The notes below the pieces were generated by a model that ran no database searches, had not been told where the DNA came from, and saw only the letters and a program-made list of their open reading frames with translations. Shown piece by piece: positions 23,501-35,500 of a stretch of 64,000 nucleotides of DNA. Within the stretch, counting starts at the first letter, position 1. Each line of letters starts with the position of its first letter. Source of the DNA: Vicugna vicugna. Taxonomy: Eukaryota. A program made the position numbers and the translations under genes. The DNA is taken from positions 7,269,779 through 7,333,778 of the forward strand of contig MU058198.1 in NCBI GenBank assembly GCA_013265495.1, given 5' to 3'.

Positions 23501-26500
23501 CTGTGGGAAAAAGGCATAGAAAGAGGAAGAATGAAGTCAAATAGACCAAATTTGTAAGTTCTTGCATTAATCAGGCACGTGAAGAGGCTGGCCTGAGCCA
23601 GTGTGGTGGCGATACAGACGATTCAGGGAAAAGGGCAGCTGTGTTGTGCAGGTAGAATCATCACGATCTGGTCATGTGGCGGAGACAGGATGGAGGGGAA
23701 AGGGAAGAGTCCAGGCCGATGGCTGGGCTTTCAGTATGAGTCACTAGGTGGGTGGGGGTGCCATCCGCTGAAGAGGGGATCCCTGGATGGGAGTGGAAAT
23801 CAAGAGCTGCCTGTTAGACGTACTGAGTTGGGTAACGAAATAGCCACATCTGAGCTCATGGAGAGTCATGGGAGACTCAGAGCCCAAGTCACTTGCCCGT
23901 CTGACATGCTCCTTCTACCTTGCCTGCAGGGAGACGCTGTGTTCCCTTTCACGAGTATCATGGTTTTCACTGCTCCCTGGGTCTCAACCCATTGTCCCCT
24001 ACCCTGTCCCTCAGGCACAAGCAAACAGGACCTGACATCCTTCGACATGGAGCTGTCCTCCAGCGGGATCAGTGCAGACCTCAGCAAGGTGAGTGGCGGG
24101 CCTGAAGCACTGGGCTGAGGGACATGGTGGGAATGCAGCTGACCCCGCTCACCCCCCTCCCTGGGCAGGGCCAAGGTGTTGTGGGAGCAGTTGGAGCCAA
24201 GGACTGGGCTGGGGGCTTTATCGACCTGACGGCAGACCTGAGCGATGACACATTTGTTGGGAATGAACCACTGACGCCAGAAGCAAGGGCAGGATATTTG
24301 GGTGAGTACTTCTCTGTTCTGCTGGGTGCTTTGGATTTGAGAGTCACTCAGACTGACTTTCAAAATAATAATGAAAGCAAGTGAGCAATCAGCCTGAACA
24401 GACTGAGAGTTTAAATATGGCAATCATGTTCTTCACTTTTCCTTTATTAACCCCTCACCTTGGTATTAATCAGGTCTTTCATTTCTGTATTTTATGCTAC
24501 TTTGACATCTTGGCAGCCTTGCTAATCCTGGAGAGACTGCCCCTCCCAGGCTTGCTTATTCCTACAGGTAGGAAACGCTTGCTTGTGAGCAGGCCTTTCA
24601 TATGCCAACCAGCCAATCCAGAGCCTGTATCCCCAGCCACTCCTTTATCTAACTGGGCCAATATTACCCCCAGCCTAAATCACCCCAGGCCCAGATTCTA
24701 GACAACTAAAAACCACCCTTATAGCCCAGAGCCTGCCAACATTATTCAAATCATCCAAATCGAAGCTTGCTCAGACTTGCCTCCCTCATTCCTTCCCACC
24801 AAAACCACACTTAGGGCCCCTGGTTCCTTCTGCCTCCTCACTGGCCCTGGTACCTCTCCCATGTGGCCCTGCACGGCCTGTGGTGCTGCCTGCTTTGGGG
24901 AGCTGTGAGTAATAAACTCTTTTCCATGGCAGTGACCTCTCTGTGTTGTCTGTCACGTGCATAAATTAAATCCCAAGTACATTTTAAAACAAGCTGCCTC
25001 GTTAGTAGCTGCTCCTCCGTGAGTCTTCCTCCTCTCAAATTGTCCCGGAACTCAAGGGTTGATTCAGTCTCAGGAGTTCTCCATATGCCAGGCACAGAGG
25101 AGATGAGTATGGTCAGTCCACAACTGCTGTTGTCTCTCTCTCTCTCTGCCTCATGGTGTCTTGTCCTGCACGGTCTTGGGGATGCTGTCCACCCAAGGCG
25201 ATGCCAGCCTCAGACGGCAGAGGGGCCTCGCTCCCGTGCTTGGGGTTATAGTTCTTCTGGTTCACGGTCAGACAGTCAGCTTATCTCAGGATACAAACTG
25301 GCTCCGGGAGCCCTGGGACAGAACTGCTTCCAGGTTCTACCTCCTTATAGATCTAGAGTCACCACCCTCCACCCTGCCTCACCCATGACCCCTGCATGGG
25401 GGGGGCACTCCTTTCTTAAACTCTCAGAACACAATGATCTTATTGAATGCTTTCCTTGGGAAATGATGCTATTCATCATGCATTTACCCTTCTGAGGGAG
25501 GCTGCCCTCAGTGGTTTTTTTTCTCTTTTCCATTTTCTTTTTTTGACGTTCTTTAGTGAGCAAGTATTATGTGCCAGGCACTGTTCTAAGTGCATGCCAT
25601 GGATTAACTTACTTTATCTCATTTTATCCTCACAACAACCCTGTGAGTAGGTATTTTTATCATCTCAGTTTTACAGATGAAGAAACTGAGCCCAGGAGAG
25701 TTTAAATAACTTGCCCAGGGTCACAGAATTAGTAGGTGGAACCCAGGTAGTCCAGCCCCAAAAGCCTACATGTAGTAACCACTAGAGTTACACTCCAGCA
25801 CCTACACCGACGCCTTCAAGGTGGTTTTCTGTTCTTCAGCATACAGTTGGCCTTCTGCAGCTGCGGGTTCCATGTTTATCATCTGTGGGTGGTTGAATCC
25901 ACAGATGTGGAATCCAGCGATCCCGAGGGCCAACTGTGGGACTTGATCATCTGTGGATTTTGATATTGGAGCGGGTCCTGGAACCAATCCCTTGCAGATA
26001 CCTCGGGACTACTATACTTACTGCAAAATAGCTGGTAAAGTTGCTCACCCAATAAGAAGAAATAACCCCAAAGTGTAATCTCTAATTAGGCCCCCACCCC
26101 ACTATACACAGACACACATATACACGTGTGTGTGTGTATATATATGCATGTGTAGAAGTGAGTACAGTCTTGACTGCCTACTATGCTGCTGTCCTTCAGA
26201 TCTTAGTTTAGATGTCTCTAGCATAGTGCTAAGCATTTTATATCCACAGTCCTATCTAATCCTCAAAACCACCCTATGAAGCTGGTATGGTCCCCATTTT
26301 TTAAGATGAGAAAACGGAGGCTCAGATGCATGAAGTAGTTTACTCAAGATTACATAGCTAGGAAGTAGGAGCACTCGAATTAAAACCCTGTCTCTCTGAT
26401 TTCAAAGGGCAAATTCTTAACCCTTGTGCTTCAGGAATATACATGAACAAATAGAAGAATGGTTCAGCCTCTTCACCCTTCCTCTCATGGGCATCTGCTT

Positions 26501-29500
26501 TTCTCACTCACTTTCAATTGCTCTAAGCAAAGAAGATCAAATGGGTCAGTTAGTCATCTCTGAATCAGAGAGCATTCCGACTGGGTGGCTCCTGGCTCTT
26601 GCCCAATCCCTGGTCCAGTTTCCCGCAGCCTTTATTCCAGCATTTCATCAGTGTAGGAGCAGAGAGCAGGGAACCTCGCTGTGAAGTATGAAGATAACCT
26701 GAAGTAGGATATGGTTTCCGATCTCCTGTTTTATTTTTAATCTCTGTGCAGACTTGGCCTTCTTCTTACTAATATATTCTATTTTAGTTGATTCTTTAAA
26801 AAGAATGTAGTCTCTTTTACAAACCCTCAGGTGAACTGAGCCTCAGGAAGACGTTTACCCTGTAGAATGTGGCTGCTGCTCTCTGTGCGTGTTTTTTTGT
26901 TCAAGGTCCGAGAAATGCAGTCTTGGACCACGACGGCAGAATTTGTACCACTCGGAGCATGTGGCTGCTCTTCTCAGAAGGAGGTCTTCCGGCCGTTTCA
27001 GTGCAGCTTTGCCACTAACCCAGTTTCCCAGGGTCTCTGCCCTGTCTTTGCTGAGTTTTACCTTCTTTCCATAGCCACTGTGTTTCTACCCCTAAGCCCC
27101 TCACTGCCTCTCTCCTCAGGTTACACAGTGACCTGGCTGTCCTCCCGAGGGACCAAGTCACTGCTGGCAGCTGGAGCCCCTCGATACCAGCATGTGGGGC
27201 GGGTGCTGCTGTTCCAAGAGCCAGAGGGCATAAGACCCTGGAGCCAGATCCAGAAAATAGACGGGATCCAGGTGAGCATGGCCCTGGGGGCGGCTGCCGA
27301 GGAGGGGCTGGTGCGACACTAGTTAAGCTCCCTGCTGCCTTCTGAACACTCATCACTTGCTGTGAGGCAGGCCCTGGGCCAAACACTGTCAGCCTTGTTC
27401 CCCACAAAGCCTCCGAGGTAAGCTTCGTCATCTCCACTTGCCAATTTTAGAAACCAAACTTCAAAGAGCCCAACTAGTCTTAATTCCTGTGGGCTCTCAG
27501 TAGGACCCAGGACCTGAACCTTCATTTGAGGGATGGGAGTAGGACGGATATGGTGCAGCTGACGGGGAAGGAGGTGTCCTGCTCACGGTTCTTCCCCAAA
27601 CATCTTCCTCTCCCTGCAGATTGGCTCTTATTTCGGTGGTGAGCTATGTGGCGTTGACATGGACCAAGATGGGGAAACAGAGCTCCTGCTGATTGGAGCC
27701 CCCTTGTTCTATGGGGAGCAGAGAGGAGGCCGGGTGTTCATCTACCAGAGAAAACAGGTGGGGACCAGGACACTGAGTAGAAGATGTGGGAGAAACAGAC
27801 CCCCAGGCCTTCTTGGGTCCCAGTTATTCTGAAACGCTTTCCCTGTCTGATCCTGTGTTAATCAGACCTTTAGAACAACAGACAAATGATAACTAATATG
27901 TTGGGGGGAAGTATGTAAACTGTGTGCAAGGCCCAGTGCCAGACTTTTTATATATAGGAGACCTCATTTGATTCTCACAGTCACCTTCTGGGATACTGTG
28001 AGCTTTATTTTACGAATGGGAATGTCGCAGCTCAGCAAACCTGGGGAGCTTTCCAAAGCCACAGAGTCACACAGATAGTAAAGGTGATGCTGGAACTTGA
28101 GCCCAGGTTAGCCTGACGGCACATTCCAACTGAGGGACCCCATCACATAGCCATAGCATTCTTCCTGTATACAAGGCCTCCTGCTGGGAAAGCTGGCCGA
28201 GTGATCGAGGTGGGACCTGTCACTTTGCTCCTTCCCAGCGGGGGTTTGAAGCGGTCTCAGAGCTGCAGGGGGATCCTGGCTACCCCCTTGGGCGATTTGG
28301 AGCAGCCATCACTGCCCTGATGGACATCAACGGGGACAGGCTGATGGATGTGGCTGTGGGAGCCCCTCTGGAGGAGCAGGGGGCTGTGTACATCTTCAAT
28401 GGGCAACCAGGGGGGCTGAGCCCCCGGCCAAGCCAGGTGAGTTTCCCTGCCTGCCACTCAAAACCCACTCCCAGGCACCTGGAAGCCTCCAAGCCCTGAC
28501 CCCTCTCCCAGCCCGACTCTTCCTGCCCTTCAGCTTTGCTCGCCGCCCCAATTTAGCATGAATTTCTCTCTTGTTCTCAGAGGATAGATGCGACTCAGAT
28601 GTTCTCAGGAATTCAATGGTTTGGACGCTCCATCCACGGGGTGAAGGACCTTGGAGGGGATGGCCTGACAGATGTGGCTGTGGGGGCTAAAGGTCAGGTT
28701 ATCGTGCTGAGGTAAGATGGGTCTCCTGAGTCCTACATGGAGATCATTTCAGCTCTCATCCTTTGAGTAGTTACTACATACCAGGCCTTTAGCTGATGTG
28801 CTGAAATGCTTAACGACATCAGCACATTTGGTCTTCAGCCCCACCCTGTGAGCTCAGTTCTCTTTTTCGATTTGCTTCAAGTCTGACTCCAGGTTAAACA
28901 GCTGCTATTCAGTGACAGACTGGGATTTGAACCCAGGCTGATCTGACACTGAAGCCTCCTAGGGAAGCATGTGAAAGCTTTAGAACCTGGTTACCTGGAT
29001 TCAAGTCGAAGCTCTGCCATTTTTCTTGGGTAATCTTATCCCAGTTACTTAGCTTCTCAGACCTCAGTTTCCTTGTCTTTGAAACAGTGATGGCATTTCC
29101 TGCCTGACCCATATATTAGAGTCATCAGAAGCCTCATGTAACATCATATAGCAAATAGATATTTATTGAGTACCTACTGTGTCTTCAGTACTGAACCAGG
29201 CATTGGGTACAGGGTTTTGTGTGGGGAAACATAATAAAAAATTAAATGAATAAATATATAATTACAATTGTGATACGTACTGTGAGAGAACTGAACAGGG
29301 TTCTGTGAGAGAGAATAGCAGGGATGACCCTCTAGATACTGGATGGCTAAGAAAGGCCTCTCTGACGAGGTGATATTTGAGCTGGGTCTTGAAAAATGAG
29401 AAAGAGCCAGGCTTGCAGAAGTCTGGGGTAAGAACTTTCTATGTAGGAAGTCCAGGAAGTGCCAAAGCTGTAAGGCAGGCAAAAGTGTGATGTGTTCAAC

Positions 29501-32500
29501 GGACTGAAAGAGGGCCAGTGGGATAGGAGCTAAGACTGGAGAGGCAGGCGGTGTGGCTTGGATAGTAAAAAGTTTGGATTTTATTCTGAATATCACATGG
29601 CATTATGGAAAGTTTATTGGCATGGAAGTAGCACAATATGATTTCTCTCTTTAAAAAGCTCAGTCTTCTGGATGGATGGACCCAGAGATGATCAAATTAA
29701 GTGACATAAATCAGACAGAAAAAGACATATCATATGATATCATTAAATGTGGAATCTTAAAAAATTGTAGAAATCTTATTTACAAACCAAAAATAGACCC
29801 ACAGACATAGAAAATAAACTGTGGTTACCAAAGAGGAAAGGGTGGGGAGGGATAAATTAAGAGTTGGGGATAAACAGATACACATTACTATATATAAAAT
29901 AGATAAACAACAAGGACCTACTGTATAGCACAGGGAACTATATTCAATTTCTTGTAATAACATATACTAGAAAAGAATCGGAAAAAAAAATATATATGTA
30001 TGTATATGTATAACTGAATCACCTGAAACTAACATTGTAAATCAACTCCACTTCAATAAAAAAAAAATTTTTTTAATTAAAAAAAGTAAAAACACAAAAA
30101 AACCCCACTGAATTAAAGAAGAATTACACACCAACTCACTTGATATTCAATGCATTCAATTTCAAGACATAAAGGAACATGAATGTAATATGTTAAACAT
30201 ACCATATAAAAATTGAAAAAAAGAAAACCTGCACTCTTCTGTATGGAAGTGGGTCAGAAGGCTGTTAGGATGAACTGGGGAGCCCCACTGATCATTTTTA
30301 TTATCGTTGCGAGGAGACAGTGACATTGAGGTCTGCTTTAGGGAAGGAGAGTCCCCTGGACTCTGATAGTTGGAACCTCAGGTTGGATTGGGGATTGCAG
30401 CCGAAGCCAGAGGACAGCATGGGTTGTTTTCTGCCCTGCAGCTCCCGGCCAGTGGTGGATATCATCACAACCATGTCCTTCTTCCCGACCGAGATCCCAG
30501 TGCATGATGTCGAGTGCTCCTATTCCCCCAGTGACGGGAAGAAGGAGGGCGTTAACATCACAGTCTGTTTCCAGGTCAAGTCTCTCATCTCACACTTCCA
30601 AGGTCAGTGCTGTCCTCCCGCTCCCCAGCGCCGCTGCCCCCACCAAATCCAGGCTCAGAGCCCCTGAATCTGCCACCTTTCAACTCCCGCCTTTTCACCC
30701 TGCCCAGGACACCTGGTGGCCAACCTCACTTACACTCTGCAGCTGGATGGCCATCGTACCAGAAGCCGGGGGTTATTCCCAGGAGGGAAACCTGAACTCA
30801 GCGGGAACACAACTGTCACCTCAATCAAGTCCTGCACTAGGTTCTGGTTCCACTTCCCGGTAAGGGAGCCAGCAAGGCTGCTCAGGCCAGGGAAGGGGCG
30901 GATAAGCTGACCGCAGGGAGAGGCAGCCTTGGGGCCAGGCTCAGCTTCATCGCTGTCTAAGGTCACAAGTCACCCTGACCTCCCTGTGTACCTGTTCCTC
31001 TACTGTACAACAGTAGTAATAACACCTTCCACATCCTTTCTTCTAGTCCTTAATCTATATACATAGGCATTTTTAACATGATTACAATTGTAAGTACTTA
31101 CTGCTTTTTTCCTACTCTTTTCACAAGTCATATATTAACGCTGCAACCCAGCTTTCATATTATTTAAATAGCTACAGAATATTCAGTCACGTGGAATATT
31201 CAGTCACAGTGGTGTGTCACTATTGGCCAGGTGCACATGGTCACTTATTATTAACATCCATCCCAGAAAGAATTTTTTTAAGTTATTATTAGTTTAAACA
31301 ACTGCTAAAATACCTAGATTCAGTTTGCTTGTAACCGTCCTGTGTCAAATAGGATTGATAATAAATTTCATTCTGGTTCCTTAAGTATTTCTTAAAAGAC
31401 TGAGTATATGATTGACGTATAAAATTTTGAGGTTTGTTTTGAATTTTAATGGGAAATTTCAGACATACAAAAGCAGAAGAAAAGTTTAATGAACCCCCCA
31501 AATACCTAACACCTAGTTTCGAAAATTATCAGCTCACAATCTTATTTCATTCAGAGCTTCTCTGCCTCCTTGCACAACCAACCCCCCATTACATGATCTG
31601 GAAATTTTAAACATAAGTTTGCTGGAGAAAAAGCACTGTGACATGATGGAAAGGCTTTAGACTTGGGAGTTGGATGGGTCCAGGTTCCCTTCCTAGTTCT
31701 AGTCCTTAGGAAAAAATTGTGTCACCTTTTTATACCTCATTTTCCTCATCTCTAATGTGGGGATAATAACACTTACCTCTTCGGGTTGGTTGGGAGAAGC
31801 TTTAGGTGAAGACAGTCTGAGTGTGTGCAAAGTGTCAGGCACTGGTAATAACATAAAAGACTAAGATCTATTCCCGTTCCCAAGAAACTAGGATATTTCA
31901 GTTATTCTAGAATAACTATTCTTAGTTATTCTAGAATATTCTAGAATACTCTTTTCTTGTGCAAACAAGAGGGCAACAAAGACTCAGGGGCTTCTGTTAG
32001 GATTCAGTGGGGAAAAGTGCTGTGGTTGACGAGTGATGTCTGCCATGGAATGAGGGCTGAGGGATGACACTTGTACTGAGAAGCAAACCAGACATATTAT
32101 AGACATCTGATATATACTAAATATATTCCCACTACTGATAAGGTTTCAGACAACTAGCTACTGGAATTTCATCATTTATAAAGGATGGGCAAGGTATGTC
32201 TTTAACTGGAGGTACAGTAAAGGTTAAACTCATGATGTATTCTTATCACCCTCAGGTATGCATTCAAGACCTCATCTCTCCCATCAATGTCTCTCTAAGT
32301 TACTCTCTGTGGGAGGAAGAAGGGACACCGAGGGACCAAAAGGCGGTAAGAAGAGATCCGCTGGCAGAATTGATAGGAAATAAGGGAGAATAGAAATTCA
32401 ATTTAGCAAGGCTGTATTATATAAGAGTCTGGTTTTAAGCAAAAGAAATGAAATACAGCTTACTTAAGCAGGAAAGGAATTTGGAGGAATTTGTATTGAA

Positions 32501-35500
32501 GAGAAATTTGGAATACTGAGGTTGGGAAGATGGGGGACCAGGGTGGAGGCTCTGGGGGCTCTAGAGGAAGGAATAAAATAATGGTTGGACTCCCCAGGGC
32601 ACAGCCCCTTCAGTGAATCTGCTCCAGGTCCTTCAGTGCATCAGCTTCTGACCTCATTAGGCTGCAAATTCTAACAGATGCAGATTCCAGGGAGAGAATA
32701 CCAGAAGGCCTCGAGACCAACCCTTGTCTTTGGAAGGACAAGGCACCCTGATTAGCCTTCTTGCCCAAGTGTGTTCAGTTAAGGGCAGGTAGTTCTCTCA
32801 AAGCCAAACTGGGGTGCCATTGGTATTTAAAAGAAGGAGAAAAAAGAACGCTATCTCTTCTGGTCTACTGATCACACCCTCCCCACCCAGTGCCAAACGC
32901 CTGATTCCCTCTTCTGAAGTCCTTGACACTCAGCTGGTAGTCTGGCTTCTGTCGGAAGGTAGCAGGGTCTTGGGGGCAGAACCTGGGCCTGGAAGCCTGA
33001 AGAGATGGGTTTTTTTTTTTTCTGGTACAAGCGAGAGCAGATTGTCTTTCTCCGGGACTGCTTCCGCATCTCTAAGATGAGTCCCAGCATTGTGCAGCCC
33101 CTTCCAGAGTGGTGACTGCTAAGTGCACATTCTTGTGGCTTCTGGCAGTGGGCACTGAGTGCACCCCCACCCCCACCCGCCATGCACTCAGGGTCTATAG
33201 GGACCACTAGCAGTTTCTGCCATCTGAAAGATTTAAAAAAAAAAAAAAGCCACACTGTACAGAGTAGGAACTCAGGGCTAAAAAGAGACCTGGGGTCACA
33301 GTTGTCAAAAAAGGCTTCTGGGGGACAAGCCTTATTGGTTCTGGATCTTGGGGAATACGGAGGCTTCAGGTAGGTGGAGAGAGGAGAGGCATGGTGCTAA
33401 GTTCACGGCAAATGGGGAGGTGGGCTTAGCTTCTGGCAGGACAACTGAACAAGACAGAGGCCCCGGGTGCCCTCTGGGGACTAGCTGTGGTCTGGTGATA
33501 GTGGGAACCTGTGTGTGAATGTTGAGACTGAGTGCGAGCAGTCCACAGAGGCTGCCAGGACCCCTGCTGTGAAGGAAGAGTCTGGAGGCTGCTTGGCAGG
33601 TGGCCTAGAAGTAGAGGAGGCTGGAGTCTCTCCAGATGATCACCTGTAAAATACTTCTATGACCCCATTACCCTCAACTTCCTGATATGGCTTGCAAGGC
33701 CCTGCTTTCTCTCCTTCCCCTTCTGACACGTGGCACTCCAGCCAGTCTGAGCACCTCCCGGTGCTCAGTCTTTACACGGGCACAGTCTTTCTTGCCTTGG
33801 GTTTTTTTTTGTGTAATCTGTTCTTTCTTCTCCCTCCTCTGTTCTTTTCACCTGGCTCCCTCCTCCACAGCCTTTAGATTTCAGTTGAGATGCCATTCCT
33901 TCAGGAAGCTTCCCTGATCGCCAAGCGTGGAGGAGGCTTCCCTTCTACATCCTCTAAATACACCCTGCACTGGTCATGGCACTAGGAGATGCCACTGCTC
34001 CCCCAGACTGGGAGGACAGGCAGTGTGTCTGTTTTACTCTCAGGTGTGTACCCAGTGCCCAGCATAGGGTCCAGAGCAATAATTCTGGAAATGCTGACCT
34101 TGGTCTGATAAGAGATGGAGAGCTGTTCTAGTGCGGAGATGGGGTTCCACACAGGAGGATCACAGAGCTTGTCACAGGCAGGAGTCTGGAGGCTGTGCAG
34201 CCAGGCCTTCCTGCCAGCAGAGGAGACGGGCTGGGAGGGACTGTGGGAGCTGCTTTGTCAAGGCCCAGATCTCCTGGCCAGGAGAGGGGATGGACACCCT
34301 AAGCCCGGGCCTCCCTCAAGGAGCTGCTCCCAGAGGAGGGCAGCACAGACAGCCTTGGGCTGAGTCAGGAGGGTGGGGCCTGTCCTGAGAAGGCTTTGGC
34401 TCCTGGGAGGGACCCGACCACAGACAGCCTAGCTGAGCCCCAAGCCCTGAGCCCCTCCAACTCCCCTCCATCCCTCCACCCATTCTGCTGCCTCCGCTAA
34501 CCTCTCCTGTCTCCCCTTCCTCCACGCTCAGCAGGGCAAGGACATGCAGCCCATCCTGAGACCCTCTCTGCACTCGGAGACCAAGGAGGTGAGAGAGCTG
34601 AGGCAGGGCAGACAGAGAGGCCAGGGTCAGGCCCTCTGGGCTGTGGGGACCTGAGCCTCCCGGTCCTTTCTTCCTGGCCTTTCAGATCCCTTTTGAGAAA
34701 AACTGTGGAGAGGACAAGAAATGTGAGGCAAACCTGAGGCTGGCCTTCTCCCCTGCAAGGTCTGTAAGGCTTCCCACCCCCTAGTCCCTCCTGTTTCACA
34801 TGGTGTTTTCCTGAAGCAGCTCCCATGTGTAGAAAGAACACGGGACTTCAGAACTGAAGACCTCACCACCACCACCAACTGCACTCACTCCATGTGTCTG
34901 GGCCTTAGTTTCCCTCTCTGAGATATGCCAGTCCCTTGCAACACTCCTACTAGGATTAGATAAGATCATGAAACTTAAATGCACAGGAGCTCATTTTTGT
35001 GTATTTCTTTTTTCTGGCCTACCAGACCCTTCAGTTCTGAAAGTCCCCACCTCTGATCCTGCTTCCTTCACTGGCCCCCACAACTTTGCCCTGATCTTCC
35101 CCCCAGATCCAGAGTCCTGCGTCTGATCCCCTCCGCCAGCCTCTCTGTGAGACTGACCCTGAGTAACCTGGGAGAAGACGCTTACTGGGTCCAGTTCAGC
35201 CTCAGCTTCCCCTGGGGACTGTCCTTCCGCAAAGTGGAGACGCTCAAGGTGAGCAAGAGGGCGGGGCCTGCCTGCAGGTCACATGCCACGTTGGTCCCTG
35301 CAGCTTCTGCTGCATCTTGGAGGCTCCGGAGGCCAGGACAGCCTGAAGAAGCGGATAGAGGTCTTAGGACCACATCTGGGTTCTCAGCCTAATGCATGCT
35401 CCATCTGTATGACCTGAGATACAAGGTTCGCCCTCTGTGAACCTCAGACTCACAACCAAGAAGTGAGGCTAGGGACGTCACAGAGTTAGTAAGAAAGTCG

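Noticed and set aside
31177..31207. 14-bp direct duplication GAATATTCAGTCAC
   Set aside because: Ordinary slippage-type micro-duplication with no supporting context.
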